Positions 1 to 10,005 of a DNA stretch of 64,000 nucleotides are shown here, in pieces. The translations under genes and the position numbers were made by a program. The notes under the pieces were generated by a model that worked only from the letters and a program-made list of their open reading frames with translations, did not search any database and was not told the origin of the DNA. Position 1 is the first letter of the stretch. Every line of letters starts with the position of its first letter. This DNA comes from Naegleria gruberi (taxonomy: Eukaryota), in assembly GCA_000004985.1 (NCBI GenBank), contig GG738895.1. One strand, written 5' to 3'.

Positions 1-431
1 ACCCAACCCAAACCCAAACCCAAACCCAAACCCAAACCCAAACCCAAACCCAAACCCAAACCCAAACCCAAACCCAAACCCAAACCCAAACCCAAACCCA
101 AACCCAAACCCAAACCCAAACCCAAACCCAAACCCAAACCCAAACCCAAACCCAAACCCAAACCCAAACCCAAACCCAAACCCAAACCCAAACCCAAACC
201 CAAACCCAAACCCAAACCCAAACCCAAACCCAAACCCAAACCCAAACCCAAACCCAAACCCAAACCCAAACCCAAACCCAAACCCAAACCCAAACCCAAA
301 CCCAAACCCAAACCCAAACCCAAACCCAAACCCAAACCCAAACCCAAACCCAAACCCAAACCCAAACCCAAACCCAAACCCAAACCCAAACCCAAACCCA
401 AACCCAAACCCAAACCCAAACCCAAACCCAC
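1..431. repeat. Telomeric repeat array (CCCAAA)n, ~70 units (G-strand TTTGGG); window starts at a chromosome end
   Basis: Perfect 6-nt periodicity CCCAAA from base 1 to ~431 with one CCCAA variant at the very start. The C-rich strand reads 5'->3' on +, as expected for a left chromosome end. It passes abruptly into unique AT-rich DNA at 432. Confidence 0.9.
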
Positions 432-1229
432 GACTAAGGTCAGACCCAACTTTTTTACTTTTATTCATCTTAATTCATTATCTCAATAAATACTCATTAT
501 AAATCAATATATTATATATCAATATACTCCAAATTGAATATATAATCATATAATAACATAATATAACATCATTATAATGACTTATATAAGTCAATTTCAT
601 AAAATAGATTAGACAATTAGAATATCAATGAAAACATTTCAAAATCATTTCAAATCAATTTATCACATTATAAATCATGTTAATAACAATATATATCAAT
701 TTCAAATACTTTGGTATCATTTCAGGATGTTTACTATTCAACTTGTCAACTGACCTATATTAACATTGAAAGTAGAAATCTATACCACTTCAATTCACTT
801 CCAATACATCTATACATGATAATGAAATACATTAATATCAATTTTACCTTCATCCATATAATACATGGTACATGGCTGATCTACTTGATACATACAGGGA
901 TGTGACAATGACATGCACTATACAGATCATTATGAAATTGATACAGTACCTTACTAATGGTGAATAAACACTACTGTATCAGTTTCATGATAATTTGAAA
1001 TCATTCAACATGTCAGGAGTGTAATTATGGGAATAATGAATATCAAGATAATGAAATCATATTAATTTAAAAATCTTTCAATTATAATATCATATATAGA
1101 TCAATTAATCATGGTATTTCAATAATTGGTATTGACTTTCAAATCAATTCATTCAAACCTTAATGACCTATCCTTAGATGACCAAGTCAATTTTAAACTA
1201 TCATGAATCATATAATTATTGATGCCATN

Positions 1230-1526
1230 NNNNNNNNNNNNNNNNNNNNNNNNNNNNNNNNNNNNNNNNNNNNNNNNNNNNNNNNNNNNNNNNNNNNNNN
1301 NNNNNNNNNNNNNNNNNNNNNNNNNNNNNNNNNNNNNNNNNNNNNNNNNNNNNNNNNNNNNNNNNNNNNNNNNNNNNNNNNNNNNNNNNNNNNNNNNNNN
1401 NNNNNNNNNNNNNNNNNNNNNNNNNNNNNNNNNNNNNNNNNNNNNNNNNNNNNNNNNNNNNNNNNNNNNNNNNNNNNNNNNNNNNNNNNNNNNNNNNNNN
1501 NNNNNNNNNNNNNNNNNNNNNNNNNN
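1230..1526. other. Assembly gap (297 N)
   Basis: Uninterrupted run of n characters. All ORF-track entries spanning it (1149..1616) are artefacts. Confidence 0.95.
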
Positions 1527-2540
1527 TGGTATCAATTATTTGTCGATAAAATAAATAGATATACGATATTATCAAATAAAATATATAGGTCCCTATTGAA
1601 AGTGTTTACCTGGTAAAAAGTGAGCGTAACTTCCCCTACTTTCATCCTAATTGATTATCTCCCTATATATATGATAGATTTCAATTATTTCAATTATATA
1701 TCATAATACATGATAATTAGACATGTATCAATGAGTGGAATTAAGTCATGTAAGATATTCATCCTTCAATTGCCAGTACTGTCAATTTCACACAAGTTGA
1801 CTTCCTACAGTCTGAATATGGGTCTAATAATGATTATTTCAATTATATATGATTATATTTGATATTTACTACTGTATATATGAGTTTAATAAATTAGTAT
1901 AGTGTTTCCATAGTATGGCTCAATATCTTGGTCAATTAAGGTAGAATGAGTACAGTATACTAAGGATATTATATATTATACTTCCAACACTTCTACAAGG
2001 TAGATATCATCATTATACATCATGTATATGAGATTGGTGATGATTCTAATAACATTCATATAATAATACAATAAATGTTGAAAAGTTAATATTTAGACAT
2101 GTTGTCATTTATTCAATATACCGATTCAACAAGATTAATTCATAATATCATCTATTCATACATATATCTACAATATATCAAAAATTTCATTCTGGCCCAA
2201 CTTTGAAATTTTAGACCTACTAGGGTAAAAACCTTAATATTTTAGGCAATGCCTTATAACTTTTTGGCCTCCAACTATGTTTTAATTTTTTCACCGGATT
2301 TAGTCAACTCATATATTGATCTATTGATTATGTGTAGATGGTATTTCAGATATTCCTAATTATTGAGATATGCGAAGAAAACCTAACTTTTTTTTCATCG
2401 AGTACCTATTATCTCTAGAACCACTTTGAGTTTTTATTATCATATAACAGTTTGTCGATGAAATTGTACCCTGATTAACATATATAAGATCCAAGTTTTG
2501 AATATTAGCCATTAATAAAATGGTAATGGGTTTTCGCCAT

Positions 2541-2567
2541 ACCCAAACCCAAACCCAAACCCAAACC
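2541..2567. repeat. Interstitial telomere-like tract (CCCAAA)x4.5
   Basis: acccaaacccaaacccaaacccaaacc lies 2.1 kb inside the terminal array in the same orientation, followed by a degenerate aacacc. Confidence 0.8.
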
Positions 2568-2715
2568 AACACCTTCTTTTGATGTTTCACTGGATAAACC
2601 TTATTACAGAGGAAATACTTCAATAAGAACAGATATTCAAAATTTTTTTGTTGGAGATCGTGTACGCTACAGATACCCAGACAATCAATGTATCAGTCCT
2701 GATACAGCTTTCAGT

Positions 2716-3099
2716 TTGTACCCTAATGCTGATGCTGTTCAGAGTGTTTGTGGATGTTCAAAGTTCTTTGCGATAATGCATACCGGATTCGGATTGGTAG
2801 ACAATTCTACTATTCCTGATGAGTATTATCCTTTGACAATTACTATCAAACCAAAGTTCCAAAAATATTCTACACAACAAGAGTATTTTTGCACAGCAAG
2901 TCCATTTTCTTGTTCTAGACAGCACTGTGAATGTACATCTGGAGGAGTTAATCTTGATGAAAGTAGTTTTTTTTTCCCTCCCATTAGCAATTCAATTAAT
3001 AGATATGGAAGTACTAGAAGTGTTTCATCAGCCATAACAATTTCACAAAATATTTATTTAATAGTTTTATTGATTTTCTTCATTTTGTATTTACAATAA
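2716..3099 (+). CDS. Hypothetical ORF (TTG start in track); Cys-containing, hydrophobic C-terminus; possibly a gene fragment
   Basis: 127-aa ORF with no recognisable domain. It ends in a hydrophobic tail (IYLIVLLIFFILYLQ). No ATG at the listed start. It lies in the subtelomeric zone next to a kinase remnant. Confidence 0.15.
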   Translation: MYPNADAVQSVCGCSKFFAIMHTGFGLVDNSTIPDEYYPLTITIKPKFQKYSTQQEYFCTASPFSCSRQHCECTSGGVNLDESSFFFPPISNSINRYGSTRSVSSAITISQNIYLIVLLIFFILYLQ

Positions 3100-3208
3100 A
3101 TCATACATTCTATTTGCATTAAAAATTTTTCATTTAGAAATAGTGAGATTGTGTTCAGATACTGTTTTAACTCTTAAAAAATGGCTAAATGTTAACTAAT
3201 GTGAAATT

Positions 3209-3660
3209 TCATTCAATATTTGAATCATTTGCGAGAAGGAAGGTCTTTCCATTGGATTTGGATGCAAGTTCACAATACTTGAGCACACTCTTCATACTTT
3301 TCTCCTTCGATTGGTTTTCATGCACTGGATATAGTAATAACCATTCATTCAATTCATTTTCGTTTTCAAATGGAATACTTGGTCGTTCCCCTTTTAAAAC
3401 ATTTGAGATGATATCAACAATTGATCTATCCGATTGATACTTGGCTTTCTCTGATTTACAATAAGGAGAAACTTCGAAAAATAATTCCCACATTATAATA
3501 GCAAAGCTATACACGTCAACTTTGGGAGCCCTTTGAGATTTATCAGTATTACTATTACTCGTATTATCTGATCGAATTGTTTCCTATTTAAATAACAGGT
3601 AAGCTGAGAGGTAAGCTCAATCCGAAATCAACGATTTTACATGAATCAATCTCCTTCTTC
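3209..3660 (-). pseudogene. Protein kinase catalytic-domain remnant (subdomains VII-XI), apparently disrupted
   Basis: Minus-strand translation gives ...KIVDFGLS... (DFG motif) and ...APKVDVYSFAIIMWELF...PY...VLKGERPSIP (APE, subdomain IX-XI, TKL-like). Reading frame is broken between DFG and APE without a convincing GT..AG intron. No glycine loop or HRD region is found upstream. Confidence 0.4.
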
Positions 3661-4076
3661 CTCAATAATGACAGTCTTTTCTGAATGTGAACAATACCTT
3701 TTGTATAATATTTGAATTCAATGGAATAGTTTCAGAATCTAGTGACAGGGCAGTTACATTGACGAAAAATGTTTCTCCTGGTTTCACAACTTTCAAAACT
3801 GCTCTAATGTCAGTAAACTTAGCAGCAGCTGCCAATAAATTAGGACTGCTTTATTTCTAGTGAATAAGCAATTTTGAATGTAATTAGGATAATTATTACT
3901 GCCCAAAAGATAAATGGCACCTCCAAACTCATTTGCATATTATTTTGAAATGCAGTATTAGATATTATTCAGATATTTGTAAATTGTACATCATATCCAA
4001 GTTTAGTGCGCATCCACTGGTTTTACATACAGTATTAATAAAATTTGATTTGTAAATAATAACTTCAAACCTTGTA

Positions 4077-4961
4077 TTATCTGACATGGATTGTATAACC
4101 AGTTTTTACGTCATTGCTGTAATGATTTTGGATTGTAACATTTACCATAGATAAATCATCTACAATATAGAAAGAAATAGGTGAACTTATTTTTCCTGAA
4201 ATGGCTTGAGATTGAGCATTCCCATCAAAATCAACATTCATACTCTCAACCTTTTGTGCACTTCGTACTAAGAGAGAACCACCTGATCTTTTGAAAGATG
4301 AATCCTCAGAAAATTGAAACACAAATACAATTGCAAGTTTTGTACATTCTTCAATATGTATATTTCGTATCTTGATTTCTTTAACACTGATGGTATCCAC
4401 CATTAAGTTAGATTTCATAAACTGCCCATTTTGAAATATGATAAGATTAGCTTCATAGATTGGTAAATTTACAGATGCATCTTCCATGAAATTGTTTTGA
4501 AAAACAATCCGATTATTTCCTCTCAGCTCTATATAGCATCCTTGTAATAACTTGCCAACGAGTTTACAATCTTTGAATAATGTTAGATATGTTGCTGTAG
4601 TTAAAATGTTAGAACTGATTAGTTCACTACTTTCAACAATAAAATTAACTTTTGTAGGCTTAGTGTTGAAATCTACATCATTCATATGCTGAAATAGTGA
4701 GGACGTCAATTAGCAATTAGCATAACCAAAAGAGGTACTTATAATTTTTGAAAATATTCTAAAATTCACAATTTCAATATTATTAAATATTATCCAAGCA
4801 ACATCTGTTCTGTCTTTCAAATACATGTATGTGTTGCCCTTCTGGAAAGTCAAACCTCTCTTTTCAGAACTTTGAAACATGAAATAGTATGAAATTAATG
4901 AATTTGATGGTAAATCAAAATCTCCGTATGTGAATGAAAGATTACCTTCAATATTAATCAC
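4077..4961 (-). CDS. Hypothetical protein (two abutting ORFs 4077-4709 and 4710-4961, frameshift or tiny intron)
   Basis: Adjacent same-strand ORFs of 210 and 83 aa with ordinary coding composition. No recognisable motif. Confidence 0.3.
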
Positions 4962-5892
4962 AAATAGAATATTAATACTATTATTTCTAATATTGTTTCC
5001 ATGTTTTGATCCATAACTACTTTCATTGTTTTGAACAATTTACTAAAACTCTGGCAGGGATCATTCTGAATTCATGTTTCCTGCATATTTGATGTTTTTC
5101 ATTTTCAAATAAAAAACTGCTCGTGAGACGGAAGAGCTGTAGAACATGTTTTGCATAGCAGTGATGCTCACATAATTGGTTTGAATTATTTCTCTTTCAT
5201 TGCCAACAACATTAGGTGTATTGTAATATAAATTACTAAATATTGAAAGATTGTCTGATGAAGTATGTTGTTGGGTTGTTGTCGGAATCTATTAACCATT
5301 CCGAACAAGTTTGCAACTCTCACTACAAATTAATTTTACAAATACTATTGTTATGTTGCTTACGGAAATATATCATTGATGGTTGGAGAATGATAGGATG
5401 ATGATCACTGCACCAACTTGTATTTTTCCATCAAGAAAAATAATATCCAATTTCATGATAATCTACCAATAAAAATTACTATTATTCCTACTATTTAGAT
5501 CATGTTGAGATGATCATAAGGAAGTTTGGTGGAGGTTAATCATGCTGTTCATCAGACGTTACGGGTGATGAAATTTTTTTTAAAAATTTTTTAAAAAATT
5601 GAAAAAACATATTCCAATTTCTTACTATGGAGAATTTCATTATAAAATTATTATTGCACAATATAGAATAACTAGAATAACCAAGTTTTAAACTCAGAAT
5701 ACTATGTGCTTTAGTATTGTAAGAGTCAACCAAGACAATACCAAAAGAACTTCTCATCAACCTGTCAATTCAAACGATGTCCTTCCATTTCCGAGTGACA
5801 CGACTAAATGCAACTAAATTGACACAATTTCTCACCTTCCACTTCGCTTTCATCTTTTAAAAAAAATTTCACAGACCTACCTGCCAGAAATC

Positions 5893-7665
5893 ATGCGTTC
5901 AAAATCTCTCTTGATCGCTATCTTCTTGCTTTTGTGTTTGATCTTCACAGCTCAATCTTCATTTGCTGCTGAAGAACAATCAAACCCTCTCAAACAAGAA
6001 CTTTCCCGCCTTTTAAAATTAAAAAAACAACTCAAAACCAAGTGGAACCCTAGCCGTTATTTGAATGAGCGTATTTTGCGTATTGCCAAGAGATTTAGAA
6101 TTGCCATTCCTCAACGTTGCAAGAGACGTGTTATTATTGATGATGAAGTAGTTGATACTATTAGAAAATTGGCCGAGTGTGATCGTGATACTAAACCTGA
6201 ATTGCCAACCAATCCTTCCACTCCATCAAATCCATCTACACCAACAACACCATCTAATCCAAGTACTCCAACAAATCCTTCCACTCCAACAACACCACAA
6301 GAACCTACAAATCCTTCTGTTCCTACTGTTCCTTCCACTCCAACAACACCATCAACACCATCCAATCCAAGTACTCCAACCACTCCATCAAATCCAACTA
6401 CTCCATCTACTCCAACTCTTCCAAAATGTCCAAAGAGACTCACTTGTAGATTGTTGTGTAAGAATGGATATTATTACGATTCAAATGGATGTGTTGATAC
6501 TTGTCGTTGTAAGCCATCTTCTTGTCCACAATTCAGATGTTTGAGAGCTTGTCCATATGGATATAAGGTTAATGCTCGTGGATGTACCACTTGTGATTGT
6601 AAGCCAAAACCTTCCACTCCAACTAAACCAACTAAACCAACCTTTGAATGTCCAAAGCGTAAATGTGCTCGTTTGTGTGCCCATGGCTATAAGACTGATA
6701 GAAGAGGATGTCAAACTTGTTCTTGTGTTAGAAAGCCAGTCAGACCAACACCAGTTAGACCAACTCCTGTTAGACCAACACCAGTCAGACCAACACCTCC
6801 AGTTAGACCACCAGTTATTGTCACACCAACACCTGTTAGACCAACTCCAGTTGTCACACCAACACCTGTCAGACCAACACCTCCTCCAGTGAGACCACCA
6901 GTTGTTGTCAGACCACCAGTTGTCAGACCAAGACGTAGAAGAAGACGTTTCTTCGGAAGAGGTAGAGGTGACCCACATTACAGTTTGTTGCATGCCAGCA
7001 ATGCTGCCCATAAGGATGTACTTTTTAATGGATTGGGTGATTATATTTTAGCTGAAACTGTTGATAAGGAATTTATTGCTCATGTCAGAATTGGCAAGTG
7101 GCATAAGAAGGCTACTGTTAATATTGGTGCTGCCATCAAGCTTGGAACTGATGTTATTGAATTCGATTCTAAGGATGGTCAATTCTACCTTAATAAGGAA
7201 GAAGCTGAATTCAAGATTGGAAAGAAATATGAACTTGAAGGAGGTTCTCTTATTAGAAAGAGTGAAAATAGATTTATTATCAAGTCCGTTGATGGAGTTG
7301 AATTCTTTGGTGAAAGATTCACTCTCCACGATGGAAAGAGTTACATGGATGTCCAAGTTGATTCTCCAAAGGATGTTGAATTCAGACGTGGTTTGATTAT
7401 CAATGGTAAGGGCAGACAAGGAAAGGGTCTTTTCAGAGTTTTAAAGGCTGCTAAGGTTAATAAGAACGCTGTTGCTGTTGTTGAAATTCCAAAGTGGGCC
7501 AAGAAGGCTTGTGCTAAGCAAGGATTGACTGGAAAGAAACTCAAGGATTGTGCCTATGATATTACCGTTACAGGTAAGGAATTCGCCAAGGAAATTGCCA
7601 AGGATGAAGCCAAGTTTGCCAAGAAGAGTAGAAAGGTTTTAAAGGCTGTTTCTAAGAAGAAATAA
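5893..7665 (+). CDS. Secreted modular protein with a signal peptide, mucin-like Pro/Thr/Ser repeats, four antistasin-like 6-Cys modules, (PVRPT)n repeats, an Arg6 tract, a GDPH-motif (VWD-like) domain and a Lys-rich tail
   Basis: ATG at 5893. N-terminus MRSKSLLIAIFLLLCLIFTAQSSFA is a classic signal peptide. PSTPTTPSNPSTP repeats follow. Four copies of C-x5-C-x3-C-x2-G-x3-D-x2-GC-x3-C-x-C (e.g. CPKRLTCRLLCKNGYYYDSNGCVDTCRC) fit the antistasin-like spacing. PVRPTPVRPTP repeats, RRRRRR and then RGDPHYSLL... follow, GDPH being the VWD/RGM autocleavage motif. Single exon, TAA stop. Confidence 0.7.
   Translation: MRSKSLLIAIFLLLCLIFTAQSSFAAEEQSNPLKQELSRLLKLKKQLKTKWNPSRYLNERILRIAKRFRIAIPQRCKRRVIIDDEVVDTIRKLAECDRDTKPELPTNPSTPSNPSTPTTPSNPSTPTNPSTPTTPQEPTNPSVPTVPSTPTTPSTPSNPSTPTTPSNPTTPSTPTLPKCPKRLTCRLLCKNGYYYDSNGCVDTCRCKPSSCPQFRCLRACPYGYKVNARGCTTCDCKPKPSTPTKPTKPTFECPKRKCARLCAHGYKTDRRGCQTCSCVRKPVRPTPVRPTPVRPTPVRPTPPVRPPVIVTPTPVRPTPVVTPTPVRPTPPPVRPPVVVRPPVVRPRRRRRRFFGRGRGDPHYSLLHASNAAHKDVLFNGLGDYILAETVDKEFIAHVRIGKWHKKATVNIGAAIKLGTDVIEFDSKDGQFYLNKEEAEFKIGKKYELEGGSLIRKSENRFIIKSVDGVEFFGERFTLHDGKSYMDVQVDSPKDVEFRRGLIINGKGRQGKGLFRVLKAAKVNKNAVAVVEIPKWAKKACAKQGLTGKKLKDCAYDITVTGKEFAKEIAKDEAKFAKKSRKVLKAVSKKK
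6208..6420 (+). repeat. Coding tandem repeats (Pro/Thr/Ser mucin-like, ~18-21 nt units)
   Basis: Repeated ccatc(t/a)a(a/c)tcc(a/t)...actcca units encoding PSNPSTPTTP. They also generate the spurious antisense and alternate-frame ORFs 6111..6443, 6152..6544 and 6481..7011. Confidence 0.6.
6727..6948 (+). repeat. Coding tandem repeats (PVRPT 15-nt units) ending in an Arg6 tract
   Basis: ccagt(c/t)agaccaaca(cct) is repeated about 10 times and is followed by agacgtagaagaagacgt. Confidence 0.6.
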
Positions 7666-7816
7666 ATAGATCCTTTTCATTTACGTATTTGGTTTATCCC
7701 AAAAATGAATCACTGAATAGTACTACTTGCATTTCGAACAGTTCAGTCCAATCTAATTGTCAAAATCATTACTTGAATTAATCACCACAACTCTTTCATT
7801 TAATAGGTAAATAAAA

Positions 7817-8776
7817 ATGAATTACAAACTTAAACTGATACTAATTGTTATGGTTGTCTCGCTGGTGACTCTATTCGCTGAGAGAAATCTTCTGTTTTCA
7901 ATCCTTAACCATTATCCACATAAGGAAACAGAAGCAATTACAAACGAAATCCATGTCGTAACGATTTATGAAAATTCAGCAAAGGTACAATCTCCTCTTC
8001 TTGCATTTCTTCCGTGTCCTTCTCAGTCTCATTCTCAATCCCTAACCATTCATCTATTCATTAATTCCAATCACACAATTGAGTGTTTACAAAACAGATT
8101 AAGCTCTTGCCAAAGGTTAACTCTCAAATTTTACAGTTCATCAGAATTGAGCATCAATACTCAATCCACTCATTACAGTGCCTCATCTGCCAAAAAGAAA
8201 CTCAAATTATTACAATTTTTTCAACACAAAATTCAACGATTCTTATATTTGGACGCTGACACATTTTTAGTGCACGGATTTGAAGGATTAATTCAGGTGT
8301 GGAAGAATTTCTTATTATTCGAAAAGGATGAATTTATTGGAATGAGTAAAGAATTGAGTAATTGGTACAAGTATGATTCGTATAATTCTGGAGTCATCCT
8401 AATAGATATTCGAAAATCATTACAATATCCTTGGAAACAAATATTGGAAGAAACTATCCAAGATGTTGGAGTAACCCAACTTGCAGATCAGGATATTTTC
8501 AATGTAATTGATAGAAAAACAAGAGGAAAGTGGTTCCATCGAATAGATTGTGGACTAAACTTGCAACATGCTGGATGGAAAGAGTGTTCTACAAGTTGTG
8601 TAAGAATCATTCATTTCAATGCCATGCCAAATATTCAAAATACCACCAATCTTGCTTCCATGCTGAACTATGCCAGAAAAACCTATCAGTCAATTGGTTG
8701 TGAAACGACTATTTTCCCACATGATAATTTGTTTAATTGGATTGGTAATTCAAACATTAGCCTTATCTGTAAATAA
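7817..8776 (+). CDS. Glycosyltransferase family 8-like protein, type II membrane topology
   Basis: N-terminal signal anchor (LKLILIVMVVSLVTLF). Carries the GT8 hallmarks YLDADTFLV (DxD), YNSGVILIDI and DQDIFNVI. Confidence 0.55.
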   Translation: MNYKLKLILIVMVVSLVTLFAERNLLFSILNHYPHKETEAITNEIHVVTIYENSAKVQSPLLAFLPCPSQSHSQSLTIHLFINSNHTIECLQNRLSSCQRLTLKFYSSSELSINTQSTHYSASSAKKKLKLLQFFQHKIQRFLYLDADTFLVHGFEGLIQVWKNFLLFEKDEFIGMSKELSNWYKYDSYNSGVILIDIRKSLQYPWKQILEETIQDVGVTQLADQDIFNVIDRKTRGKWFHRIDCGLNLQHAGWKECSTSCVRIIHFNAMPNIQNTTNLASMLNYARKTYQSIGCETTIFPHDNLFNWIGNSNISLICK

Positions 8777-8863
8777 ATCAAAGATATTTGATTGATTTTT
8801 TATTGTAAACTCGTCAAACTCATTGTAAACTATTCGATTGGAACTAAAGCAAATTAAATTGAT

Positions 8864-9763
8864 TTAATAATCATCATAGTAATCATAATCATCATCATCA
8901 CTGCTGTCTTCACCACCATCGTAATCACTCCAGGATCGATGACTTGGACCTCCATCATAAAAGTGCCAAATTTTCACACCATCTTTCTTTTCAATAAAGT
9001 AGCGAATAGAAGTTTCGACTGGTTTCGTAATAAGAAAACTACAAATGAGATGGAAACTGTCATCGCATACTAAATTCAAAGGATGATTAAGTAATAATTG
9101 AGAATTTGGTGTCGCCTTAGTAGATTTTGCTTTTTCTCTAATTAGAAAAGCAGGTTTGAGATCTTTCCAAATCAATTCTTGACGTTTCTTCTTGGCGTTT
9201 AGCAGAAATTCATTTCTGACATTTGGCATAGTTGCTTGTGAGGCATAACTTTCCAATTCTAGCGGTCCTATTTCTTTACATTTTGGCAGAATCAACTTTA
9301 ACATGTCAATCTTAATGTTGTCACATGACATTTTCAAAATATTATACCAATTAAAATCTGCATCCAAACAACAATGATCAAACACACTTTTAAATATCCA
9401 ATAATCACCCTTTTCAATCGAAACAAGAAGTGCCTTCTTTCTACTCGATCTAATTATCTCAGTACTTGCTAACCAATTGACCAATTGTTCATTTCCACTT
9501 TTAACTGCCAATGTCAAAGGATCTTCCCCCTTCAACACAAACCTTATAGCATTCCTTCCTTTTCCAGATTTTTCATAAATTATTTTAGCAATTTCATAAT
9601 TTCCATTTTCACACGCGTGAATAAATGAAGTTTTTCCATCGAAATCTTTCATGCCCATGTTACAACCGGCAGAGATTAAGCATTTGATTATTTCAGAGTC
9701 GAGATTTTCTTGTTGTGCTGCGACCATGAGTGGGGATTGACCGTTTCGTCCATGAATTCGCAT
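8864..9763 (-). CDS. Ankyrin-repeat protein with an acidic Asp/Tyr-rich C-terminus
   Basis: Ankyrin consensus stretches (GQSPLMVAAQQENLDSEIIKCLISAGCNMGMKDFDGKTSFIHACENGNYEIAKII...DPLTLAVKSGNEQLVNWL). C-terminal DDDDYDYYDDY. An in-frame extension upstream of the ATG lacks a start, so an extra 5' exon is possible. Confidence 0.6.
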   Translation of the reverse strand: MRIHGRNGQSPLMVAAQQENLDSEIIKCLISAGCNMGMKDFDGKTSFIHACENGNYEIAKIIYEKSGKGRNAIRFVLKGEDPLTLAVKSGNEQLVNWLASTEIIRSSRKKALLVSIEKGDYWIFKSVFDHCCLDADFNWYNILKMSCDNIKIDMLKLILPKCKEIGPLELESYASQATMPNVRNEFLLNAKKKRQELIWKDLKPAFLIREKAKSTKATPNSQLLLNHPLNLVCDDSFHLICSFLITKPVETSIRYFIEKKDGVKIWHFYDGGPSHRSWSDYDGGEDSSDDDDYDYYDDY

Positions 9764-10005
9764 ATTGAATAGTTTTCTGTTGAGGGAGAAATGTTTAACT
9801 TGCCAATAGTTATTGGATTCGATGGCTGTTATTAGTTGATCAAGTTCTTGAGACTTTTTTTCATTGTTGAGTGGAATGTGGAATAATTATTTGGGATTTA
9901 GCTTGGAATGGAAATTTTCTTTAAATGAATCATAATTATGTCCAATACAAAGAAAACTAAACACTTATTCTAGAAAATTAGATGGCCAATCAACAAACAA
10001 TTCAT

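Noticed and set aside
1149-1616. Five overlapping ORFs (128, 137, 119, 111 aa etc.) whose translations are mostly X
   Set aside because: They span the 297-N assembly gap. They are artefacts of translating n.
2360-2623. 87-aa minus-strand ORF containing WVWVWVWVW
   Set aside because: The WV repeat is simply the translation of the interstitial CCCAAA tract. No start context and AT-rich surroundings.
6111-7011. Antisense and alternate-frame ORFs inside the mucin-like gene (6111..6443-, 6152..6544+, 6481..7011-, 6557..6892+)
   Set aside because: Generated by the PTS and PVRPT coding tandem repeats. Their translations are low-complexity mirror images (VGVDGV..., QQHH...).
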